Made by a program: the position numbers and the translations under genes. Positions 46,105 through 58,654 of a DNA stretch of 64,000 bases are shown in pieces; position 1 is the first letter of the stretch; each line of letters starts with the position of its first letter. Origin of the DNA: Candidatus Latescibacterota bacterium (lineage in GTDB: Bacteria; Latescibacterota; UBA2968; GCA-2709665). The stretch covers positions 800,001-864,000 of the forward strand of contig OZ242358.1 of NCBI GenBank assembly GCA_965208835.1, in the 5' to 3' direction. Under the pieces are notes generated by a model that ran no database searches, was not told the origin of the DNA, and saw only the letters and a list, made by a program, of their open reading frames with translations.

Positions 46105-49100
46105 TCTGTGAGGAAAGTGAATTGAACCGTGAAATAGAACTGGATCGGAAAGACGTATGGCCCGCGGGGCGTGAGCCCACGGCGCTGGGTGAACTGGCCC
46201 GGATGGAGATTGCGAAGCACATCTGGGACAGCCGCCAGAGTTCCAAGCTGACCGGATTCGAGTACGCAAAGCGCCGGGGAACGCGAAATATGATGGATCC
46301 CTCCCGCCCTCATCTGGATCGGCCGCGGGGACGTACGCGCGTCTCCGCGTTCTGGACCCGTGAGGCGCTGGTGGTTTCGGCGGCATGCGAAGGTCGGACA
46401 GATGGTGAAGACCGCATTGTCGTGGCGATGGTGACTGCGGGAGACCGGCTTCTGCAGTTGGAGTGTCTTTCAGATGGGACCGTCCGGTTACCCGACGGCG
46501 CGGCGCGGGCGGAATTCGATACGGATCAGGCAGACAACGGCTGGTCGGCGCGTCTGACGGTGCCCTGGGGCCTGCTCGGCATTCGTCCCCGGCCCGGGCT
46601 GCAGATTCCCCTGAACGTCGCCCGGTTTACGGATTGGACGGATACCCCGCCTCCCGCGATGTTACCCGACGGATTCGTGGTCAACGGTCTCTCGCGCATC
46701 CGGCCCGGTCTGGAAGTGAGTACGCTGAGCCGGGCGGTACGGTATCCGATCGTCGGCGATCCGCTTCGGGCCGAAAGATTGGGCCGCCTGGTGTTGAGTC
46801 CGCGATTGAAGATCGAGAACCTGAGCCTTCGCGACGAGGGTCTGGCACGGAAAGAAGTGGTGATGAATCTGCGACCTGCGGGCCGGCGGCCTGAATTGCT
46901 GGACGTACGCGTCGCGCTTTCGGATCCCTGCGGACGCGAGACCGTTTTCGTGGACCAGGCACGGGGCGAGGGCGAAACGCGGATTCGGTTGGACTGCCTG
47001 TTCGGTGCGTTCAGGGGCTTCCTGTATCCATACCGGCTCGCGGTCTCGGTTTCCGATCCAGACACCGGCGCGATGCTGGCGGAAGCGCAATGCGAGTTCA
47101 TCCCGCCCCGGCGGATCCGCCTGGACCCGCTGCGCCTGGGCAACGATCAGCGTGGACGCTGCCGATTCCGGATGGCCGGGAACGGTCTCTGGGGCACGCG
47201 GTGGCAGGCGTCCCTGGTGAACGACGCGGGCGAGACGCTGGACAGGGGCAGGGTCGTTGCGGATTCGGACGAGACGGACTTTGATATATGTATCGGTGAA
47301 GTGCCAAGGGGACGTTACAGGCTGCGCCTCGTGCCCGTCGGAATGGGCGCGACGGCCGGTATCGAATGCCCCTGCAACGTCATGGGTACCAGTCCGCACC
47401 CACGCGTTCTGCTGCGCCGCGGGAACGTCGATCGGCTGAGGGCGCAGGCAAAGGAAGGGGGCCTGAAGCCGCACTATGACGCGATGAAGGCGCAGGTGGA
47501 CGAGGTGCTTCGGCGCGGGACAATTAAGGAGTGCAGCCTCACGCCCGATGCGACGGAGATCCGCGAGATCGCAATCGACGACCTGCTCGCCGGGAACGAC
47601 CTGCTGATGCAGGGTCACGCGGAGGATACGCTGTTTCAGCGGGACCCTCACCAGATGATGGCTGCGTCGCTGGTCTATCTGATCGAGGGAGACGACCGGT
47701 ACGGGCTGCTCGCCCGAAAGATGGTCCGGATACTCGTGGAGCACGTGCTCTGGGGAGACCCGAGGGTGTACGGTGCGGACCCTGACCTGATGTGGAAGGC
47801 GATGTACTGCGCGCTGGCGATGGACTGGCTGGGCGACCTGATCCCGACGGATGAACGCAGGGTACTCAACGATCGGCTGATCGAGAACGGGCTGCTGGTG
47901 TACCTGTGGGCCATGGAAAACGACCAGGCCTACTGGAAGGGGAGGATTGCAAATCTGACGCCGATTTCGGACAGCGTGGCGACCGTGCTGGCGCTATGCC
48001 TCCGGGATGAAGCGTTGGACGCGGAAGCCGTTCTCAGGATTGCCCGGGAAGACATCGGAACGCCGATGCGCGCGTTTCCGCCCGATGGGTCCTGGCCGGA
48101 ATCCGTCAACTACTGGGCGGTGTTCCTGCGCGGGGTCATACTGCACGGCGCGGCGATGGAGTCCGCAACGGGCGCGGACGACGGCGTATTTTCATTGCCG
48201 GGCATGCGCGACGCGGGCTATTTCCCCATCTATTTTACCCCGCGCGGTGTTCCGGCGGGGTTCAACGACGGCATGAACACCGGGGCGGCACCTTTTCTGC
48301 ATCTGCTGGCGCGCCGGTATGACGAACCCATTTTCTCGCTCTACGCCGACGCGTACGGCGGCGCGGGCGAAAACAGGCGTTCCGACTGGAATACGATAAT
48401 CTGGCGTTCCCCCGGGATTCCCTATCAGCACCAGGCGCCGCGCACCGACGTGGGCGACAGGCCGACGCCGGCGTTGTTGAGTTCCATAATGACGGGTTTG
48501 AAGCGCCTGCGGGTCTACGAGGAGATCCGGTGGGCCGCGCTCGCCTCGGAATGGCCCGATCCGGAGCTGTACGTGTCGTTCAAGAGCGGATACGCCGCTT
48601 CCGGTTTCGGACATACGAGCCGGGACCTGAACGCGATCCAGGTGGTGGCCGGAGGAGAACCGCTGATCCGGCGCAGCCACGACTACAGTACGCCGCCGGA
48701 GGGATACAGCACCACGCTGGTGGACGGCAAGCCGCAGGGGCCGGGAACGGGGACGTTTCTGTATTGGGAGGAGGCGCCCCGGCATCTGGCGATCGCGGCG
48801 GAAGCGGACGGATCGTTCGGAGAGGATGTCGGGCGGGCACGGCGCCACGTCGTCATGGTCGACGGGCGGTACCTGGTGGTAATGGACGAAGTAAGTAGTG
48901 ACCGGCCGGTCCGGGTGACGTTCATGGCGCATACGGCCGGAGAAGTCGCCAACGCGGATCGGGGTTGCGAAATCAGGGGAATCAAGACAAGACTGTCTCT
49001 GGCGTTTTCGGGAACGGATGTGACGCTGGACCGCGTCGCGTCTCCGGACTGCGTGATGACGCAGCTCACCGACGGGGCGCTGCACGCCACCACTGATGTG

Positions 49101-49274
49101 ACTCGTGAAGTTGAATTGCTGACGGTCATCTGGCCGGATACGCGTGAAGCAGGGGCGCCCGCGTGCCGATGGGACGGTGAACGTCTGGAAGTCCGTCGGC
49201 CGGACGGAGCGAAGGACGAATTAATATTCGGACGCGAGAATTCCGAACTGCGATTTCTGCGCGTCGATGGATGA
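46098..49274 (+). CDS. Heparinase II/III-like protein with N-terminal CBM9-like region
   Basis: [37 protein letters not shown]; start codon uncertain (46098-46290). Confidence 0.7.
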
Positions 49275-49333
49275 TGAAATCCGAGGCCCGTTTCGCGCCC
49301 GGTTATTCAATCATGGGAAGGAGAGGACAGCAA

Positions 49334-51562
49334 ATGGCGACAGCCAGAATCACGTGGACAAAGATCGACGAAGCGCCCGCGCTGGCCACCAGCGCGCTGC
49401 TGCCGGTTGTTCAGGCGTACACACGGGGGTCCGGCATCGAAGTCGAACTCAGCGACATCTCTCTTGCGGGCCGGATCATCGCCAACTTCCCCGACAAACT
49501 GACCGAAGCGCAGCGGATTCCGGACTGCCTGGGTGAACTCGGCGTCCTGTCCCGGAAACCCGAGGCAAATATCCTCAAACTGCCCAACATCAGCGCGACG
49601 GTCCCGCAGCTGAAAGCGGCCATCGAGGAACTCCAGGGCAAGGGATACGACATACCGGACTATCCTGACGAGCCGCAAACCGACGCTGAGAGAGATCTGC
49701 AGGCCCGATTCGCCGTGATCCTTGGGTCAGCCGTCAATCCCGTCCTGCGCGAGGGCAACTCCGACCGGCGGGCCGCCGCTTCGGTAAAGGCATTCTTCCG
49801 GAGAAATCCGCACAGGATGATGCGGCCGTGGCCGGAGTCGGGGTCCAGGGCGCGTGTCGCCCACATGACGGCCGGGGACTTCTTCGAGAGCGAGAAATCG
49901 ACCACCGTGAGCTCAGCGGTCCGGGTCCGGATCGAGTTCGCGGCCGCCGACGGTCGGGTCACCGTGCTCAAGGACGGGGTACCTCTCGAAGCCGGCGAGG
50001 TGGTCGATACCGCTGCGATGAACGTGAAAGCCCTCAGACGGTTCTTTGCCGAGCAGATGGACGACGCGAAGCGGGATGGAGCGCTGCTGTCGCTGCATCT
50101 CAAGGCCACGATGATGAAAGTCTCCGATCCGATTATGTTCGGTCACTGCGTCTCCGTCTATTATCGGGAAGCGCTGGAAAAACACGCCGGTACGCTGGAG
50201 GCGATCGGGGCCGACGTGAACTACGGCCTGGCCGATGTCCTGTCGCGGCTCGACCGCCTTCCCGACGGTAAACGGGCGGAGATCGAGGCCGATATCGCCG
50301 CCGTTTATGACAGTCGCCCCGGCCTGGCGATGGTCGATTCCGACCGCGGCATCACGAATCTTCACATGCCGAACGACGTTATCATCGATGCCTCGATGCC
50401 CAATGTGGTTCGGGACGGCGGGAAGATGTGGAACCGTAACGGCGAGCTGCAGGATACGATCGCCATGGTACCGGACCGGTGCTACGCGACCATGTATAAA
50501 GAGATTCTGGAAGACGCGAAGGCGCGCGGACAGTTCGATCCCGCCACGATGGGCAGCGTGTCCAACGTGGGTCTGATGGCGCAGAAGGCGGAGGAATACG
50601 GGTCGCACGACAAGACCTTCGAAGCCCCCGAGGACGGTGAGATCCGCGTTGTGAACGCGTCCGGAAACGTGATGCTCGACCAGTCGGTTGAAACCGGAGA
50701 TGTCTTCCGGATGTGCCAGACGAAAGACGCCGCGATCAGGGACTGGGTCGGGCTGGCCGTGAGGCGGGCGAGGGTCTCCGGAACACCGGTCGTGTTCTGG
50801 CTCAACCGTCAACGGGCGCACGATGTCGAGATAATCGGGAAGCTGAACGCCTGCCTGTCCGAACACGACACCGCGGGCCTGGACGTCCGCGTGATGAAGC
50901 CACGGGACGCAATGCGGTTTTCGCTGGAGCGGATACGCAGGGGGGAGGATACGATCGCGGCGACGGGCAACGTGCTTCGCGACTATCTCACGGATCTGTT
51001 TCCAATACTCGAACTCGGGACCAGCGCGAGGATGCTGTCGATTGTCAGGTTGATGAACGGTGGTGGGCTCTTCGAGACCGGGGCGGGCGGATCGGCGCCC
51101 AAACACGTCCAGCAGTTCCTGCGGGAGGGGCACCTGAGGTGGGACTCGCTGGGAGAATACTGCGCCCTGGTGCCTTCGTTTCGCCTGATCGCGGAGACCG
51201 CGGGAAACGCGAAGGCCACGGTATTCGCGGACACGCTGGACCGGGCCATTACGAAATACCTGGAGCACTCGCGGTCGCCCTCCCGAAAGGTGAACGAGAT
51301 CGACAACCGGGGCAGCACCTTCTATCTCGCGATGTACTGGGCCCAGGCCCTGGCGGCACAGGAAAGCGACGCGGAGCTGAAAGCCAGGTTCGGGAACGTT
51401 GCGGGAAAACTCGAGGAGAATGAGGATCGGATAAGCGCGGAGCTGCTGGCCGCCCAGGGTGAGCCGGTGGAACTTGGCGGCTATTACGCACCCGATCCGG
51501 GCCTGACCGCCGGCGCAGTGCGTCCCAGCCGGACACTCAACGCCATTATAGACGCCGTGTAA
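49334..51562 (+). CDS. icd: Monomeric NADP-dependent isocitrate dehydrogenase
   Basis: [48 protein letters not shown]. Confidence 0.97.
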   Translation: MATARITWTKIDEAPALATSALLPVVQAYTRGSGIEVELSDISLAGRIIANFPDKLTEAQRIPDCLGELGVLSRKPEANILKLPNISATVPQLKAAIEELQGKGYDIPDYPDEPQTDAERDLQARFAVILGSAVNPVLREGNSDRRAAASVKAFFRRNPHRMMRPWPESGSRARVAHMTAGDFFESEKSTTVSSAVRVRIEFAAADGRVTVLKDGVPLEAGEVVDTAAMNVKALRRFFAEQMDDAKRDGALLSLHLKATMMKVSDPIMFGHCVSVYYREALEKHAGTLEAIGADVNYGLADVLSRLDRLPDGKRAEIEADIAAVYDSRPGLAMVDSDRGITNLHMPNDVIIDASMPNVVRDGGKMWNRNGELQDTIAMVPDRCYATMYKEILEDAKARGQFDPATMGSVSNVGLMAQKAEEYGSHDKTFEAPEDGEIRVVNASGNVMLDQSVETGDVFRMCQTKDAAIRDWVGLAVRRARVSGTPVVFWLNRQRAHDVEIIGKLNACLSEHDTAGLDVRVMKPRDAMRFSLERIRRGEDTIAATGNVLRDYLTDLFPILELGTSARMLSIVRLMNGGGLFETGAGGSAPKHVQQFLREGHLRWDSLGEYCALVPSFRLIAETAGNAKATVFADTLDRAITKYLEHSRSPSRKVNEIDNRGSTFYLAMYWAQALAAQESDAELKARFGNVAGKLEENEDRISAELLAAQGEPVELGGYYAPDPGLTAGAVRPSRTLNAIIDAV

Positions 51563-53042
51563 ACTGCGATCTGAGCGGCCTGCGCTGGCTGAGGAGGGCG
51601 GGATCGGCCGGTTCCGGCGCGGCCGCGCCGTTTTTTCCTTCGTACACCTTGGCGGCGCTCACCGCTTCCTGGAAGGCAGCCAGCGGCTGGTCGGCGCCAG
51701 GGTACCGGTCGGCGTGCGTGGACCCGTTTTCCAGCTTGAGTACGCCGCGCGGGCAAACGGCGGAGCAGATGCCGCATCCCACACATGAAGCACGAACGAT
51801 GTTCTCGCCGCGCTGTGCGTACGCCCGGACGTCGATGCCCATTTCACAGTAGGTGGAGCAGTTGCCGCAGGACATGCACTGGCCGCCGTTGGTGGTGATC
51901 CGGAAGCGGGAGAAGAAACGCTGGAAGATGCCCAGGATCGCGGCCATCGGGCAGCCGAAGCGGCACCAGACCCGGCTGCCCATCAGCGGATAGAAACCCA
52001 CGCCGATGACGCCGGAAAACAGGGCGCCGATGTAGAATCCGTACGCGCTGGCAAGCGGTCCCGACAGGCGGCCGAAGACGCGCCCTTCGGTGGCGGAGTT
52101 GATCCAGAGCGCGATTGTGGTTACGGTGATGAAGATGAGGACCGAGTAGATGATGCCCCGTTCAATTCTCCATGAGCGGGTCGTCTTGCTCGAGAGCTGG
52201 CGGAAGGGATCGCCCAGCGTCTCGGCGAGGCCGCCGCACCCGCATACCCAGGAGCAGTACCAGCGTTTTCCGTAAAAGTAGGTGAGCACGGGCGTGGCGA
52301 TGAATGTCGCGACGGCGCCCCAGAAGACCATAAAGACGCCGAGCGCGCCGGGATGGCCGGTCAGGCTGCCCACGGTTGAGGGAAAAAGGTAGTCGTATTT
52401 GAGCGGCCAGAAATAGGTGAAATAGAATTCGGGCTGGTTGAAGCTCTTGAGCATCTGAGGAATGAGAAAAGCGAAGCCGAGCTGGAAGAACATCACGGAA
52501 GCTGTGCGGATGATCTGGTAGCGGTTGTGGCGGTACTTCATGAACATGCGGACGCCGAACACGAGGATGGCGAGCGTGTAGAGGAAGCCGTAGAAGAACC
52601 ATCGGTCCGCCGGACCCCCGGCGAGCGCCAGGGATAGAGGATCCACCAGGCGGACGCCGCGTTCCAGGTATTCGGGAAACCAGTAGAGCACGACGTAAAA
52701 TCCGGTGATGACAATGCCCAGGGCCCATCCGATGAGCCCCAGATGGGTCGTGCTGCCGAACATGATACCGTCGTGCTTAATGCCCGGGACGGTGTTCCTG
52801 TAGGCGAACCAGAAATACGCGGCCGATCCCAGCACGATCAGGCCGAAGCTGAGCAGGATGCCGGCCCAGGTACCGGAAAGCGGACCGAGCAGGGTGACGA
52901 TGAGGGCCAGGAAGCCGAGCGAGATGGCCGCAATCGAGAGCCTTTCGGGCCAGGATGCAGGCGGCGCCGGCTGCTCGGGCGGTTCCTCGAAGCCAAGCGT
53001 TTCCTCGTCGAAGTCGTAGTTTAGGGTGGCGGTATCGATCAT
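51546..53042 (-). CDS. Membrane 4Fe-4S binding protein (NapH/MauN-like)
   Basis: [38 protein letters not shown]. Confidence 0.9.
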   Translation of the reverse strand: MIDTATLNYDFDEETLGFEEPPEQPAPPASWPERLSIAAISLGFLALIVTLLGPLSGTWAGILLSFGLIVLGSAAYFWFAYRNTVPGIKHDGIMFGSTTHLGLIGWALGIVITGFYVVLYWFPEYLERGVRLVDPLSLALAGGPADRWFFYGFLYTLAILVFGVRMFMKYRHNRYQIIRTASVMFFQLGFAFLIPQMLKSFNQPEFYFTYFWPLKYDYLFPSTVGSLTGHPGALGVFMVFWGAVATFIATPVLTYFYGKRWYCSWVCGCGGLAETLGDPFRQLSSKTTRSWRIERGIIYSVLIFITVTTIALWINSATEGRVFGRLSGPLASAYGFYIGALFSGVIGVGFYPLMGSRVWCRFGCPMAAILGIFQRFFSRFRITTNGGQCMSCGNCSTYCEMGIDVRAYAQRGENIVRASCVGCGICSAVCPRGVLKLENGSTHADRYPGADQPLAAFQEAVSAAKVYEGKNGAAAPEPADPALLSQRRPLRSQFTRRL

Positions 53043-54307
53043 GACAGTTGCTCCCTGAGGGCGGGTACGATTTCGGATTCGTGCTGGTCGAAGAACTCGG
53101 GGTCGAAGTTCGCCTCCGCCAGGTGGTCCAGCACGAAGTCGACCGGGCGCTGTTCCGAAATCCAGCGTTCGCAGACTTCGTGGCGGTAGCGGATACCCAT
53201 GAGGTTGATGCCGATCACGTCCGGTTCGGTGTGTACGATACGTACGGACTGGCGCTGCGCGGGGTGTTGCCAGTAGAGGTTCTTTTCGCCCGGCACATTG
53301 AGATTGACGCGGCCGTAGACCTGGTATTCCAGGTCCAGGAACTTGGCGGAGTTGAACCAGATGCCCGGGTCATAGGTACAGTCTTCGCCCGCGATGACGT
53401 CCCCCGCGACCGCACCCTGTTTCTTGCCGGTGTACCAGACCTGCTGCAACAGATTCCGCTCACCACCCGTGACGATTTCTGCGCAGTCGCCCGCGGCATA
53501 GACATCCGGAACGCTGGTCTGAAAACTGTGGTCGACCAGGATCCCCCTGCCGGTTTCGATATCGGAATCCCTTACGAGGTCTATATTTGGAGACACGCCG
53601 GCGGTCAGGCCCACAAACTGGCATTCCAAAGTCTCGCCGTCTTCCGTCACAACACCGCATGCCCTGCCGTTCCCGTCGTCCAGAATTTCTTTCAGGCTGG
53701 TCCGGAGTCTCAGACCAAGCCCCTGTTCCCGGATGATCTCGTTGATCATGCCGGACTCTTCCATCGGGAGGATGTTGTTCCAGTAAGACGGTTCGCGCAC
53801 GAGAAAGGTGACGTGAATGTTGCGCGAATGCAGCATTTCGGCCAGTTCGATGCCGATGAGGCCGCCCCCTACAATGACGGCGTGTCGCGTGTGCTGCGCG
53901 TTGTCGTACAGGGTGCGGAGGTCCTGCAGGGAATAGAGGCCCTGAACGCCTTTGAGGTCTTGTCCCGGCCATCCGAACTTGTTGGATTTCGAGCCGGTGG
54001 CGATGAGCAGTTTGTCGAAATGAAAGTCTCCGCCGCGGTGGAGCGAAAGGCATTTGGCGGAAGCGTCGATCCGGGTGACCCAGTCACGGCGCAGATCCAG
54101 CCGGTTGACGGACCAGAAGTCGTCTTCGAAGGGCTTGGTGCCGTTATAGGTCATATGGCCCATGAAGACGTACATCAGGGCCGGCCGCGAATAGTGGAAT
54201 CTGGATTCGCCGGAAATAAGGGTGATGCGCCAGTCCGGCTGTTTTCGCCGCAGCCGGATCGCAGCGGTAACACCGGTGACGCCATTGCCGATTATGGCGA
54301 CGTGCAC
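53039..54307 (-). CDS. FAD/NAD(P)-dependent oxidoreductase (pyridine nucleotide-disulfide family)
   Basis: IIGNGVTG, LIATGS, IVGGGLIG, YAAGD; overlaps the 4Fe-4S gene start. Confidence 0.9.
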   Translation of the reverse strand: MHVAIIGNGVTGVTAAIRLRRKQPDWRITLISGESRFHYSRPALMYVFMGHMTYNGTKPFEDDFWSVNRLDLRRDWVTRIDASAKCLSLHRGGDFHFDKLLIATGSKSNKFGWPGQDLKGVQGLYSLQDLRTLYDNAQHTRHAVIVGGGLIGIELAEMLHSRNIHVTFLVREPSYWNNILPMEESGMINEIIREQGLGLRLRTSLKEILDDGNGRACGVVTEDGETLECQFVGLTAGVSPNIDLVRDSDIETGRGILVDHSFQTSVPDVYAAGDCAEIVTGGERNLLQQVWYTGKKQGAVAGDVIAGEDCTYDPGIWFNSAKFLDLEYQVYGRVNLNVPGEKNLYWQHPAQRQSVRIVHTEPDVIGINLMGIRYRHEVCERWISEQRPVDFVLDHLAEANFDPEFFDQHESEIVPALREQLS

Positions 54308-54595
54308 GGATGCGCCTCCTTGATTTCCCCCTGACCGACGAGGACGGATTTCGCTGATTCCGTCTGACTATCGGGGATCCCAACGTTCGGTCTGACGATC
54401 GGGCGCCGGGGATCGAACGGAAATTAACCAATGCCGCCGGAAAGTCAAGGACGTATAACCCTTCGGTCACGACGGTCGCCCTGCGTACCCCACTGACGAA
54501 CCTGGCCGGGCGAGGGTTCCATAAAACCTTGAGCCGGACGGTCACCCCTGCAGCAACGGCGGTCGTCCGCGAATTGATATCGCCAGGCCGTATCG

Positions 54596-55810
54596 TCAAT
54601 GTGAATCAGCTTTTTCCCCGGCAAGATCGTACACCCTGAAGGCGCCCCAGCGTACGATCGACGTGGATACCTCCTGCGGCTTGAGACCGTGGCGCTTCTG
54701 CATCAGACTGCGCCTCGCCCGCGCGTCTCCGGGATGGAGCGTGATGGTATCGATCCCTTTGTCCGGAAAGTTGGCGAAGGAGAACGCGTCCGACCCTCCG
54801 TGCGTCATCGGTTCGCCGTCGATCAGCAGACGAACCGCTCCGTTTCGCATATCCCATTCAACCCGGAACGTGTACACCCTGTCGTTCACGGCTTCGACGG
54901 TCTGATCGAATTCAGTGATGCCTTCGGCGGTGCAGATGATTATCTTGCCCCCGAGCAAACCGAACTGGATATTTCCGTATTTGATGATGCCCTGGTTTTC
55001 CTCCAGGATGAGGCAGGACTCCAGCTCCGCGTCGGACGGCTTCATTTCGAATTCCACGGCGCCTGCCTGAAGCGGCGGGATGCGGACCTTGACATATCCG
55101 TATCTTGTGGTCGTCTCGAGCCACCGGTAATCCACGGGGCGCATGAGCGTCTCGCAGACGTTGTCGTCCGGCATGCCGTCCGGCGGAGGAGCGACCGGCT
55201 CCCAGTGCAGGGGAAAGGTCTCCCTGCATGAGATGAATTCATCCCTGCGCTCGGCATACTCCTTCAGCCGGATGAGGCTGCCGGTTTCAACGGTCTCCGT
55301 GGCCAGTTCGATCGTGCGTATTTCGTCGATGTCCTGCCCGATGCATCCGGAAATCTCGACGGGGTCGCTATTGTCGAGGGTGAACTTGAATGTGCCCGTT
55401 TCGAGATCGAATCCCGAAAGGGTCAGGCAATGTTCGTCGGACGGCACGACATAGGGTGGGCGAATGGCCGGATCGGTGTAGGGTTTGCCGTAGTGAAAGG
55501 TCAGGGACTCTCCGGCGTCGACGGTTCCCCGTTCTCCGTTAAGCTGGATTCGACCGTCGGCGTCAATCCGGCAATCCAGCGCAATCCGGTTGTCCGCGCC
55601 GTAGAAGAGGATGTGGTAGCATTTTCCGAGGGCCACCCGGAGTTTCAGCGCGATCGCATCCTCCGTGCGCCGGATGGGGTTTTCGATTCGCCGGGAACAG
55701 CGCGCGCGGCCGCGTGAACCGTCGATCGTGAGGTAGCCGTCCTCTCCGAAGACGTAGACGCTTCCATCACCGCGGTCGTGCCAGCGGAAGTCCTGTGAGG
55801 CAACCAGCAT
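54596..55810 (-). CDS. Hypothetical protein (two beta-sandwich-like halves)
   Basis: Long ORF with AGGA RBS and coding-like composition. Confidence 0.6.
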   Translation of the reverse strand: MLVASQDFRWHDRGDGSVYVFGEDGYLTIDGSRGRARCSRRIENPIRRTEDAIALKLRVALGKCYHILFYGADNRIALDCRIDADGRIQLNGERGTVDAGESLTFHYGKPYTDPAIRPPYVVPSDEHCLTLSGFDLETGTFKFTLDNSDPVEISGCIGQDIDEIRTIELATETVETGSLIRLKEYAERRDEFISCRETFPLHWEPVAPPPDGMPDDNVCETLMRPVDYRWLETTTRYGYVKVRIPPLQAGAVEFEMKPSDAELESCLILEENQGIIKYGNIQFGLLGGKIIICTAEGITEFDQTVEAVNDRVYTFRVEWDMRNGAVRLLIDGEPMTHGGSDAFSFANFPDKGIDTITLHPGDARARRSLMQKRHGLKPQEVSTSIVRWGAFRVYDLAGEKADSH

Positions 55811-55930
55811 GTATCCGTTTCCTGGTCCGTGGATAATCGAGGGTTATCTCGCTTAGCGAAAATAGGTGGATGTGGCGGGCCGATCAAGCAGGATTGTTCC
55901 GTCGCCGCGACACAATGAGGAGGAACGGAC

Positions 55931-58612
55931 GTGAGCAAGGGCAGCTTGTTCTATCCGGCGGAGTTGATTGAAAAAGCGAAGCGCAACGCGGAGAACCACG
56001 CGTGGGCGAAGCGGGCAAGGGACAGAATCGTCGAGGCGGCTCAGCCGTGGGTGGCGTTTTCCGACGACGAGCTGTGGGACCTGATGTTCGGCAGTACCAT
56101 CAGGAGATCATGGATGGTCTGGTCGAACGGACACTGCCCGGCGTGCGGGGAGGGCGTGCCCATGTACAACTGGCGTATCCAGGCGCTGCGCCTCCCCTGG
56201 AAGCTTCGATGCCCGCACTGCGAAGAGCTGTTTCCCAAGAACGACTTCCACGCGTTTTACCGCTCCGGTCTGGATGAAAACGGGGTGTTTCAGCACCGCC
56301 TTGCCAACCGTTCGCTGTTGTTCAATGCGGAGCATCCCGATCCTGCGGATCCATTGCACCTGTTCGGGGTGGACGACGGCGAGGGGTACCGCGAAGGAGA
56401 GAATACATGGTGGTTCGTTGGGACGTACCTGGTATACGGACAATGGAAGCAGATCGTACACGGAGGGATCAAGGCGCTGGCGGCGGCCTACGCGGCAACA
56501 GGAGAGCCCGAATTCGCCCACAAGGCGGGCGTGCTGCTCGACCGGGTGGCGGACCTGTACACGACGTTCAATTTCAAAGACCAGGCGATGATGTACGAAG
56601 GTCCCGCCCACGCCGGGTACGTTTCCACCTGGCACGATGCGTGCGAGGAAGCGAGGGAACTCGCGCAGGCTTACGATCAGGTACGGGACGCGTTGGGAGA
56701 GGATGAGGCGCTGGCGGAATTTCTGAGCGGTAAGGCCGCGCAGTACGGCATTGAGGGGAGCAAGGCGTCGCCGGCGGACGTAACGCGGCATATCGAGGAG
56801 GGTATCCTCCGGGATACGGTCGTAAATCACGATCGGATCCGGTCCAACTATCCCCGCAAGGAAATCGCGTTGATCACAATTCACTCGGTCCTCGACTGGG
56901 AGGGAAACCGGGAGAAGGTGTATGGATTGATCGCCGAGATGATGGAACGCGCCACGGCGGTCGACGGCGTGACGGGGGAAAAGGGCCTCGCGGGCTACTG
57001 TTCGGGGGTGATACAGAGCCTGGCGCAGTTCCTGGCGCGGTTCAGCAGGGTCGACCCCGGTTTTCTGGGCGACATGCTGGCAAGGCACCCGAAGCTCCGG
57101 CAGACCTATCGGTTTCACATCGATACGTGGTGTCTGCAACAATACTATCCCCAGGCGGGCGACACGGGCGCCTACGCGGGGAAGGTGGAAAACTACGTGG
57201 GGGTCGCCTTTTCCCGGGATTCCGGTCTGGAGCCGTCGATGTACGCTTTTCTGTGGCATCTGTACCGGGAAACGGGCGATGCGGCCTACGTCCAGGCTTT
57301 ATTCCAGGCCAACGGAAGTACGGTTGACGGGTTGCCGCACGACCTGTTTTCGGAAGATCCGGAAGCATTTCAGACCGGGGTGCAGGCAGTCATCGACGCC
57401 CGCGGGACGGAGATCGAGCAGGCCGGCGCCAACAAGACGGAGTGGCGTCTGGCCGTCCTGCGTTCGGGCCGGGGCGACGGCCGCCGCGCAGCGTGGCTCG
57501 ACTACGACTCGGGCGGACCTCACGGACACGCCGACGGGATGAACCTCGGACTCTTCGCAATGGGTCTGGATCTGATGCCGGACTTCGGATATCCGCCGGT
57601 ACATTTCGGAGGGTGGAGCGGGCCGAAGTTTCACTGGTACGTGAGTACCGCCGGTCACAACACCGTGGTTGTAGACGGAAAGGACCAGGAGCGTCCTTCG
57701 GACGGCGAGTCCACGTTGTGGGCGGACGGCGAGGGGTTTCGGGCGATCCGGGCGAACGGTTCAGCCCTGTACGGGATACCGCGCTATGAACGGACCGTGG
57801 TAATGGTGGACACATCGGACAACAGCAGCTACCTTCTGGACGTATTCCGCGTTGCAGGCGGACGAGACCACGCGAAGTTCATGCACAGTCATTTCGGGAA
57901 GATTTCAACACGGGGGCTCGCGCTGGTTCCGGCCGCCGATTATGGGTACGAAACGCAGATGCGCAGTTTTATGAGTGATGAACAACCGGCGCCTGGATGG
58001 CACGCGGACTGGAAGGTGGAGGACCGGTACGGATATCTGGACGCAAACCGCGATATCCATCTTCGGTATACCGACCTGACCCAAGGCGCGCAGGCCTGTA
58101 CTGCCGAGGCGTGGGTTGCGCTGCGGGGGTTTGGAGGCAATGAGACGGACTGGATCCCGCGGTTGATGGTGCGGCGCGAGTCGGATACGGGTCCGCTGGC
58201 TTCCACGTTCGTGGGTGTAATCGAACCCTATGAGGATAAGCCGGCCATCTCCGGAATACGACGTCTTTCTGTGGAACGCGAAGACGGGCGGGTACCTTCG
58301 GATTCGGACGTTGCCGTGGAAATCGAACTCGCCGATGGTCGCCGGGACGTGATCCTGGCGATGGACGCGGAAGACACGGGGCGGGAAGGCAGGTGGATGC
58401 TCCAGGAGGACACGAACATCCGGACCGACGGCGAACTGTGTATGGTTCGACAGGGGCCCGACGGCGAATTATTGTCCGTCGCGATGTGCAACGGCAAGAC
58501 CGCGCACGTCGGCGGTACCGCACTCGATCTGGTCGAAACGGCAGACTACGTGGAGGTCAGGTATGGCTCTGGCGTACCGGCCATCGTCGCCGGAAACGGG
58601 ATTCCGGCATAA
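55931..58612 (+). CDS. Heparinase II/III-like protein
   Basis: HGHADG, DFGYP, HNTVVVDG, YLLDVFRV.GG. Confidence 0.8.
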   Translation: MSKGSLFYPAELIEKAKRNAENHAWAKRARDRIVEAAQPWVAFSDDELWDLMFGSTIRRSWMVWSNGHCPACGEGVPMYNWRIQALRLPWKLRCPHCEELFPKNDFHAFYRSGLDENGVFQHRLANRSLLFNAEHPDPADPLHLFGVDDGEGYREGENTWWFVGTYLVYGQWKQIVHGGIKALAAAYAATGEPEFAHKAGVLLDRVADLYTTFNFKDQAMMYEGPAHAGYVSTWHDACEEARELAQAYDQVRDALGEDEALAEFLSGKAAQYGIEGSKASPADVTRHIEEGILRDTVVNHDRIRSNYPRKEIALITIHSVLDWEGNREKVYGLIAEMMERATAVDGVTGEKGLAGYCSGVIQSLAQFLARFSRVDPGFLGDMLARHPKLRQTYRFHIDTWCLQQYYPQAGDTGAYAGKVENYVGVAFSRDSGLEPSMYAFLWHLYRETGDAAYVQALFQANGSTVDGLPHDLFSEDPEAFQTGVQAVIDARGTEIEQAGANKTEWRLAVLRSGRGDGRRAAWLDYDSGGPHGHADGMNLGLFAMGLDLMPDFGYPPVHFGGWSGPKFHWYVSTAGHNTVVVDGKDQERPSDGESTLWADGEGFRAIRANGSALYGIPRYERTVVMVDTSDNSSYLLDVFRVAGGRDHAKFMHSHFGKISTRGLALVPAADYGYETQMRSFMSDEQPAPGWHADWKVEDRYGYLDANRDIHLRYTDLTQGAQACTAEAWVALRGFGGNETDWIPRLMVRRESDTGPLASTFVGVIEPYEDKPAISGIRRLSVEREDGRVPSDSDVAVEIELADGRRDVILAMDAEDTGREGRWMLQEDTNIRTDGELCMVRQGPDGELLSVAMCNGKTAHVGGTALDLVETADYVEVRYGSGVPAIVAGNGIPA

Positions 58613-58654
58613 CAGTTCGTCACAGATAACGCCGATAGGAGGAGCCGAAAGAAC

